Made by a program: the position numbers and the translations under genes
In this document: positions 57,793 to 64,000 of the stretch, in pieces
How the letters are laid out: every line of letters starts with the position of its first letter
Position numbering within the stretch: the first letter of the stretch is position 1
Assembly: GCA_002083555.1 (NCBI GenBank)
Contig: MSXN01000007.1
Location: forward strand, 65,889 to 129,888
DNA from: Nitrospira sp. ST-bin5
GTDB taxonomy: Bacteria; Nitrospirota; Nitrospiria; Nitrospirales; Nitrospiraceae
Direction: 5' to 3'
Length of the DNA stretch: 64,000 bases
Notes under the pieces: generated by a model
Databases searched by the model: none
Told to the model about the DNA's origin: nothing
The model's input: only the letters and a program-made list of their open reading frames with translations

Positions 57793-58452
57793 TCACGATG
57801 AAAGAGAGAGGCTTGTAACAACTCTTGTTCCATATCCAATTGGAAGGTCAAAGGAGTATTCATTCTCAACGATGGTTCTTGAGTCAATTCTTGATCTATC
57901 AATAGAGGTTGAAAGAAATAGGAGTATTCTTCCGTTGCTGGTCAATATGGCTCTTGATAGGTCAATGATGAATTCAAACTTTATCCCCCTCGCAACAATG
58001 TAGTTGGCTTGTTCGTGATTTATGAAACTATCTGCGAATTGCTCCAATGACCCTTCGAAAATATCAACGTCTCTTAGCTTCAGTAACCCAATGATATATC
58101 TCAAGAAAGACGATTTCTTTTTTGATGGTTCGACGAGGACAAGTCTTAGGTCTGGTCGTAGTATTTTTATCGGTATTCCTGGAAAACCTGCACCAGAACC
58201 AATGTCAAAGATGAGGCTCCCGTCTATAAAGTTCTCCGCTTTAATAGCAGCAATTGAATCGATGAAATGCTTGATCACAACTTCTTCATCTTTGACGATG
58301 CTTGTTAAATTCGTGGTTTTGTTCCACTCTTTAAGCTGTTTCAAGTAGATCATGAACTTACTGACTTGTTCAGCAGTCAGATTTATCCCAATCGAAGAAG
58401 CTGATCTCGACAATAGCGATTGGATATCTGCTCTCTGTTCCACGTGGAACAC
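57793..58452 (-). CDS. rsmG: 16S rRNA m7G527 methyltransferase
   Basis: WNKTTNLTSI, KHFIDS, DIGSGAGFPGI, VARG; start uncertain (GTG 58452 or 58443, or 58512). Confidence 0.92.
   Translation of the reverse strand: MFHVEQRADIQSLLSRSASSIGINLTAEQVSKFMIYLKQLKEWNKTTNLTSIVKDEEVVIKHFIDSIAAIKAENFIDGSLIFDIGSGAGFPGIPIKILRPDLRLVLVEPSKKKSSFLRYIIGLLKLRDVDIFEGSLEQFADSFINHEQANYIVARGIKFEFIIDLSRAILTSNGRILLFLSTSIDRSRIDSRTIVENEYSFDLPIGYGTRVVTSLSLSS
58436..58451. promoter_or_regulatory. parS centromere site
   Basis: Second perfect TGTTCCACGTGGAACA, at the rsmG 5' end. Confidence 0.92.
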
Positions 58453-58508
58453 ATACGTGATTGAAACTGTGAGGTCAAGGGAAAGGTCGGAGGAATTCGG
58501 TGGTTGCG

Positions 58509-60395
58509 TCAAACTTCTGCTGGTTGTTGGCCTTGCCGTTTAAATTTCTCTATTGCGACGATGAGAAGTGAAATAGCTGCAGGAGTGACTCCTGCGATTC
58601 GTGATGCTTGCCCAATTGTTGCCGGTCTCACGCGTGAGAACTTTTCAAGTACTTCACGTGAGAACCCCTGAATGGCTCCATAATCAAAGGCTAAGGGTAT
58701 GGCTTTTAGTTCGAGCCGTTTGAATTGTCCAATTTGCTGTAGTTGTCTTCTGATATAGCCTTCATATTTTATTTCCAATTCAACTTCGTCAATAATTTCA
58801 TCGTCTTCAATAAATAAACCATCAAATTTCATCAGGAGATCTCTATATGAATACTCCTGCCTTTTGAGCAACTGTGCAAATGTTTGGGACGAGTGGCGAT
58901 CGTCAATAGTTACCCAGTTCAACCGTGCGCAAATTTCATCCGTAATCCTTGGCCTGGTTGTGCTGAGTCGACCGATTTCGCTGGCAATACCCTCCCGCTT
59001 TTTGAGGAGCCGATCATAATTATGTTGTGAAACCAGTCCGACCTGGTGGCCGATGTCCATTAAGCGTAGATCAGCATTCCCATGTCTCAGGAGGAGCCGG
59101 TATTCGGCTCGCGATGTAAACATGCGATAGGGCTCACGTGTGTCTTTCGTAATCAAATCGTCGATGAGCACACCGATGTAGGCTTGCGATCGATCAAGAA
59201 TGAGTGGTTCCAATCCTCGAATCTTCAATACTGCGTTGATTCCAGCCATAACCCCTTGAGCAGCCGCCTCTTCATACCCAGATGTTCCATTGATCTGTCC
59301 AGCATGATAGAGCCCGGAAACGTTCTTTGTTTCAAGAGTCGGGTGGAGTTGACGTGGAGGGAAATAGTCATATTCAATCGCATAGCCAGGCTTGAGCATT
59401 TTGGCGTGTTCGAGGCCGGGGATGGTGCGAAGAATTTCGCTCTGTACATCAACCGGAAGGCTTGTTGAGATGCCGTTCGGGTAAAACTCTTTTGTATCAA
59501 TGCCTTCCGGTTCGATAAATATTTGATGTCGTTCCCGCTCGGCAAAGCGCACAACTTTATCTTCAATCGATGGGCAGTAGCGTGGTCCAACTGAATCAAT
59601 GACTCCGCTATAGAGAGGAGAGCGATCGAGATTCTCACGGATGATGTCGTGGGTTTGTTTGTTCGTGTACGTTAAATGGCAAGGAAGCTGAGGTGTGGAA
59701 ATGTGCTCCGTACGATGGGAAAATGGCGTGGGGGGGGTGTCCCCAGGCTGCGGTACCATGACCGAGAAATCGATCGAGTCGCGATCGAGTCGCGGCGGAG
59801 TACCGGTCTTCAGTCTGCCCAGTTCAAACCCCAAGTCGCGCATGCAATCGGAAAGGTGTTCTGCGGAGGCTTCTCCGGCACGCCCGGCCGGAAAGTGGTT
59901 CAGGCCGATGTGAATAAGTCCCTTAAGGAAAGTCCCTGATGTGAGGACTACCGCGAGTGCGTTGACCTTCACTCCATCCCCTGTCACCACGCCGGTTACG
60001 CGCGGCCCTGAAGTGAGGAGTCGATCAACAGTCCCTTCGTGAATCGTGAGGCAGCGCTCAGCAGCTAAGGTCTGTTGCATGGCCATGCGATATAGCTTCT
60101 TGTCGCATTGCGCGCGCAATGCTCTGACAGCCGGTCCTTTGCTTGTATTGATAAACCTAAATTGAATACCGGCTTGATCTGTGTTTCTACCCATCTCCCC
60201 GCCAAGGGCATCGATTTCTTTCACCAGGTGGCCTTTGGCGATTCCCCCGACTGCCGGATTGCAGGACATCTGGGCGATTCGATCTCTTTCCATGGTGAGT
60301 AGCAGGGTTCGTGCACCCATGCGAGCTGCAGCGAGAGCGGCTTCGCACCCCGCATGGCCTCCACCGACTACGATCACATCGAACGTCTGATCCAT
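58509..60395 (-). CDS. mnmG: tRNA uridine-5-carboxymethylaminomethyl modification enzyme
   Basis: [50 protein letters not shown]. Confidence 0.98.
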   Translation of the reverse strand: MDQTFDVIVVGGGHAGCEAALAAARMGARTLLLTMERDRIAQMSCNPAVGGIAKGHLVKEIDALGGEMGRNTDQAGIQFRFINTSKGPAVRALRAQCDKKLYRMAMQQTLAAERCLTIHEGTVDRLLTSGPRVTGVVTGDGVKVNALAVVLTSGTFLKGLIHIGLNHFPAGRAGEASAEHLSDCMRDLGFELGRLKTGTPPRLDRDSIDFSVMVPQPGDTPPTPFSHRTEHISTPQLPCHLTYTNKQTHDIIRENLDRSPLYSGVIDSVGPRYCPSIEDKVVRFAERERHQIFIEPEGIDTKEFYPNGISTSLPVDVQSEILRTIPGLEHAKMLKPGYAIEYDYFPPRQLHPTLETKNVSGLYHAGQINGTSGYEEAAAQGVMAGINAVLKIRGLEPLILDRSQAYIGVLIDDLITKDTREPYRMFTSRAEYRLLLRHGNADLRLMDIGHQVGLVSQHNYDRLLKKREGIASEIGRLSTTRPRITDEICARLNWVTIDDRHSSQTFAQLLKRQEYSYRDLLMKFDGLFIEDDEIIDEVELEIKYEGYIRRQLQQIGQFKRLELKAIPLAFDYGAIQGFSREVLEKFSRVRPATIGQASRIAGVTPAAISLLIVAIEKFKRQGQQPAEV

Positions 60396-60405
60396 AAATC
60401 ACCCG

Positions 60406-61839
60406 TTACTTCCCGATACAAAACTGAGAAAAGATTCGATGGAGGACCTCATCCGAGGTAATGACCCCGGTAATTTCACCAAGTGTATCTGCCGCGCCCC
60501 GAAGATCCACCGCCACGCATTCCGGATGTGTGTCTGACGCGATTGATTCAAGGGCTTTCGTCAGATAATCACGGCATCTGAGAAGAATCTCCTGATGTCG
60601 AATATTTGTAATCGTGACACTTTGTGAGGGCTCGAGACCGCGGAGCCCAACTCGGTCCTTGATGATCTCTCGCAATGTTTTGAGGCCTTCACCCGTCACG
60701 GTGGATATCGGCAACGGTGCTGCGCCATCCGGCAAAGAGAAGTGGTCGGACAAGTCCGCTACCTGACCGGGAGTGAGCAGGTCTATCTTGTTCAGCGCAA
60801 CGACCATGTTTCCCCTGTCAAGCATGGGGATGTCAAACATTGGGGCAGCCTGGCCCAAATCAGTTGCGTCAATCACAATGATAAGAAGGTCGGCATCGCG
60901 CACAGCCGCTTCCGTACGGCGAATGCCTTCTCGCTCAATGGCATCGGTGGTTTCCCGTAACCCGGCTGTGTCTACGAGGGACAGCGTGGCTCCGCCAAAG
61001 TGGACGGTCTCTTCGATCAGGTCGCGTGTAGTTCCGGGAGTATCGGTGACGATGGCTCGACTCTCACCCAATAATCGATTCAGTAGACTCGACTTACCGA
61101 CATTGGGCCGGCCCACGATGACGACCCGTGCACCCTCCCTTAGTATACGGCCGGTCCTCGATGAATTCAGAGCGGCGTCGACTACGTCCGCTGTCTCTCG
61201 TAACACCTTCTTCAATTCGTCTCGGCCAACGAATTCAATATCTTCTTCGACGAAATCGATCCCCGCTTCAAGGTGAGCCAGCATGGCCAAAAGTCGTGAT
61301 CTTAACAGATCGACTTCCTGTTTCAGATCTCCTCGGAGGTGGCGTTGGGCAATAGCCAAGCTCTGCTCGGAGGTGGCCTTAATTGTCGCGAGGACGCCTT
61401 CAGCCTGGGACAAATCCAAACGGCCATTCAAGAAAGCCCGTCTGGTAAATTCTCCAGGCGTCGCCAGGCGGCATCCTGCCTGTAGGCAAGATTCGGTAAT
61501 CATGGCCAACACGGCCTGGCTCCCATGCGCATGAACTTCGAGGACATCCTCCGCCGTATATGAGCGTGGCGCTCTCATGTAGACCACCAGTGCCTCATCA
61601 ATGGGAGTCTGGAAGCGTAACGACGCTTCAGTTGTAGAAACATCCGCGCGAAAGATATCGGCAAGGTAGAGATGATGCGACTCTATTTCGCACAGAGGGA
61701 TTCCTGAACGGATGCGGATAAAACGGCTGGCGATCGAGAGGGTTTCAGGGCCGCTGATACGTATAATTCCAATCCCGCCTTCGCCCACCGGCGTAGCGAC
61801 GGCGCAGATCGTATCTCCTGACCCTCCAGCATTCAGCAT
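60406..61839 (-). CDS. mnmE: tRNA modification GTPase
   Basis: DTICAVAT, GEFTRRAFLNGRLDL, GRPNVGKSS, DTAG, NKID, terminal FCIGK. Confidence 0.98.
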   Translation of the reverse strand: MLNAGGSGDTICAVATPVGEGGIGIIRISGPETLSIASRFIRIRSGIPLCEIESHHLYLADIFRADVSTTEASLRFQTPIDEALVVYMRAPRSYTAEDVLEVHAHGSQAVLAMITESCLQAGCRLATPGEFTRRAFLNGRLDLSQAEGVLATIKATSEQSLAIAQRHLRGDLKQEVDLLRSRLLAMLAHLEAGIDFVEEDIEFVGRDELKKVLRETADVVDAALNSSRTGRILREGARVVIVGRPNVGKSSLLNRLLGESRAIVTDTPGTTRDLIEETVHFGGATLSLVDTAGLRETTDAIEREGIRRTEAAVRDADLLIIVIDATDLGQAAPMFDIPMLDRGNMVVALNKIDLLTPGQVADLSDHFSLPDGAAPLPISTVTGEGLKTLREIIKDRVGLRGLEPSQSVTITNIRHQEILLRCRDYLTKALESIASDTHPECVAVDLRGAADTLGEITGVITSDEVLHRIFSQFCIGK

Positions 61840-61912
61840 GGTGGAACTCTATCGTCGATGCCATCCCAGGCTCGTCGCAGAACAAATGGCCATCCGTAAA
61901 AATTCCGATGGT

Positions 61913-63583
61913 TCAAATAACCGGCTTGTTCGCAAAAATCACGCGATCGGTAATCAGCTGCTGGGAAATGGTGAGCACGTTATTTGTCAGCCAGTACAGC
62001 ACCAGGCCCGCCGGGAAATTGATAAATAGAAAGGTCATAAATGCCGGAAGCATCAACATGATCTTCGCTTGGGTCGGATCCATTGTGGTTGGAGTAATCT
62101 TCTGCTGAACCACCATTGTGACGCCCATAATAATCGGCAGTACGTAGTAGGGGTCCTGTACAGACAGGTCTGTAATCCAAGCCATGAAGGGCGCCTGACG
62201 CAGGTCAATGGTCATATAGAGAATATTGAAGAGAGCCACAAAGACAGGCATCTGCAAGACCATCGGGAGGCATCCCCCGACGGGATTCACCTTATGGTCC
62301 CGATAGAGCTTGATTAATTCCTTGTTCAGCCGATCCCGGTCCTCCTTAAACTTCTCCTGAACCGCCAAGACTTTCGGCTGGATGACCTGCATTTGTTTCA
62401 TCGATTTGTAGCTCTTGTACTGAAGCGGGACAAAGAGAACCTTGAGCATCATCGTGAGTAGAATAATAGTCACGCCGTAGTTATGGGTATAGTCGTTGAT
62501 GAAGCGGAGTACATAGAAAATCGGCTTGGCGACAGCTTTCACAACTTCCCAGCTGCCAAAAACAAACCAGCCGAAGTCGATGGTGTCTTCGATTCCAATT
62601 TGCATCGCCACGAGGGTGTCATACTCTTTGGGGCCGGCGTAGAGCTGGAGGTTCAACGGGGAACCGGATGACTGAGCAGGAAATCGCACACTTCCGGAAA
62701 GCAGTTTGTCGCCTTCTTTCTTGACCACTGTGGACGAGGCCTGCTTCGGGATCAACACGGAAAGAAAATATTTGTCTTGCAGTGCAAGCCAGTGCACTGC
62801 GCCTTTGCGCTCGATCTCAGAATCTGGCGCGTCTTTATCAACCTTTTCGTCGACCAGGGAAGCTGAACCGATTTGGCCAATCAAACCATCGCCCCATTCC
62901 ACAATACCGAAATTCGTTCCTAAACCTACCGTGAGGTCACCGTCCAGACCAGTCGATCGAATTGCGATATCGACCAGGTAACTATCGAAGTGGAAGGTCA
63001 GGATTTTCTCGAGGAGCAGATTCTTCGTCTCATCGCGAAACTGGAAGGTTATGTGGCCAATCGGATGGGAGCTATCGAGGCTGGAGAAGTCTCGTGAGAC
63101 GGTGTAGAGGCCGGTACCCAATGTCTTGGTCAATTCTGCATCAGCCGTGATGATGGCTAACGGCCCGGCAAACTTCGATCCCTGCCTGACCAATTGAACC
63201 GGAGCCGAATCGGTTGCGGTCTGTTGATACCGTTTCAGTTCCCAGCTCGTCAGGACCGCACCGCGAGTCGAGACTTTTGCGCGATACAGATCGGTCTCAA
63301 TACTCACAAGCTCTTCTGTTGGAGTGAGCGGAGAAGCTGATCCTTCAAGCCCTGGCGAGGAGATTTGGCTTTGCCCCGGCGTCTGTCCCGTGCTCGGGCC
63401 AGACGATGCCGATATTGGGGTTGTTTCGGTCGACGGGGACATCTGTCCCGCCTCCGATGACACGGATGCCTCTTGTGTGGGCAAGGGTTGAGGGAGCCAG
63501 CCCATCTCTTTCAGTGCATAGTCGTATCCAAAAATAATCGCCAGCGATAGCACCAAGAAAACGATGACCCGTTTCTCCATCAT
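61913..63583 (-). CDS. yidC: Membrane protein insertase
   Basis: YAGPK, IDFGWF, NPVGGCLP, DPYYVLP, GLVLYW. Confidence 0.97.
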   Translation of the reverse strand: MMEKRVIVFLVLSLAIIFGYDYALKEMGWLPQPLPTQEASVSSEAGQMSPSTETTPISASSGPSTGQTPGQSQISSPGLEGSASPLTPTEELVSIETDLYRAKVSTRGAVLTSWELKRYQQTATDSAPVQLVRQGSKFAGPLAIITADAELTKTLGTGLYTVSRDFSSLDSSHPIGHITFQFRDETKNLLLEKILTFHFDSYLVDIAIRSTGLDGDLTVGLGTNFGIVEWGDGLIGQIGSASLVDEKVDKDAPDSEIERKGAVHWLALQDKYFLSVLIPKQASSTVVKKEGDKLLSGSVRFPAQSSGSPLNLQLYAGPKEYDTLVAMQIGIEDTIDFGWFVFGSWEVVKAVAKPIFYVLRFINDYTHNYGVTIILLTMMLKVLFVPLQYKSYKSMKQMQVIQPKVLAVQEKFKEDRDRLNKELIKLYRDHKVNPVGGCLPMVLQMPVFVALFNILYMTIDLRQAPFMAWITDLSVQDPYYVLPIIMGVTMVVQQKITPTTMDPTQAKIMLMLPAFMTFLFINFPAGLVLYWLTNNVLTISQQLITDRVIFANKPVI

Positions 63584-63614
63584 CTAGATACGTACTTTCT
63601 TCAACAACGTTGAA

Positions 63615-63827
63615 TTATTTTTTAACCGGGTCAAACCCGCCGGCATGAAAGGGATGGCATTTGAGTAAGCGGATCAAGGCCAGTCCCAGGCCCTCCAGGC
63701 AACCTCGCTGGCGTATGGCATCTATCGCGTATTGGGAACAGGTCGGATCAAATCGGCATGCCGGGCCCAGCCATGGTGAGATCACACAGCGGTAGCCTTG
63801 AATCAGCCCTACCAGGAGACGGCGCAT
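63615..63827 (-). CDS. yidD: Membrane protein insertion efficiency factor
   Basis: ACRFDPTCSQYA...RLLKCHPFHAGGFDPV. Confidence 0.95.
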   Translation of the reverse strand: MRRLLVGLIQGYRCVISPWLGPACRFDPTCSQYAIDAIRQRGCLEGLGLALIRLLKCHPFHAGGFDPVKK

Positions 63828-63828
63828 G

Positions 63829-64000
63829 CTAGATCGACCTCGCGTTCAGAAGGCGATGCTTGGACAGTGTGGCGGTCCACAATTCCTTCAGCTCGCCGAA
63901 TGAAAGAGTCAGGGCGTCTCGCTTGGGGAATACGAGCAGGTGGTAGCCTGGAATCAAGTCTGAATAAATGGCTCTGACGAGCTCGCGGAACCGGCGCTTG
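63829..64000 (-). CDS. rnpA: Ribonuclease P protein component (5' truncated by window edge)
   Basis: Read manually: KRRFRELVRAIYSDLIPGYHLLVFPKRDAL...NARSI*; tail of the RNR motif (KRRxRE) and canonical position before yidD. Confidence 0.85.
   Translation of the reverse strand, partial: KRRFRELVRAIYSDLIPGYHLLVFPKRDALTLSFGELKELWTATLSKHRLLNARSI

Noticed and set aside
58649..58666. Third parS-like sequence (TTCACGTGAG) in mnmG
   Set aside because: Only the core matches; the flanks break the 16-bp palindrome.

Overview
Bacterial chromosome segment, about 58-60% GC by eye. Gene order, protein styles and an intergenic repeat family suggest Nitrospira or a relative (inference, not verified). The right end is the classic origin-proximal block (rnpA-yidD-yidC-mnmE-mnmG-rsmG-parA-parB) with two perfect parS palindromes, followed by two bactofilin genes and mnmA. 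The left end holds nuoA-B-C-D (nuoD runs off the edge), an OmpA-domain protein and a PriA whose ATPase motifs are degenerate. The middle holds a large PAS-rich two-component cluster, two tRNA-Leu genes, queE, pepA, nagZ, a Tat-like gene, two PilZ genes and tig-clpP-clpX. The most notable candidate system (48.9-53.6 kb) is an apparent operon encoding a coiled-coil protein, a membrane-spanning protein with a cytoplasmic longin/roadblock-like domain and a periplasmic OmpA-like domain, a Rab-like small GTPase and a sigma-54 activator. It is followed by a sigma-54-like promoter, a NarL-type regulator and a DUF481-mscL-OmpA envelope cluster. A second candidate (39-44.4 kb) is a Cys-rich GAF sigma-54 activator with a complete enhancer/IHF/-24-12 promoter ahead of DsrE, FMN-binding, MOSC, SnoaL and Tat-exported binding-protein genes. 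No integrase, transposase or CRISPR array was seen. All family calls come from motif recognition by eye; no searches were run.
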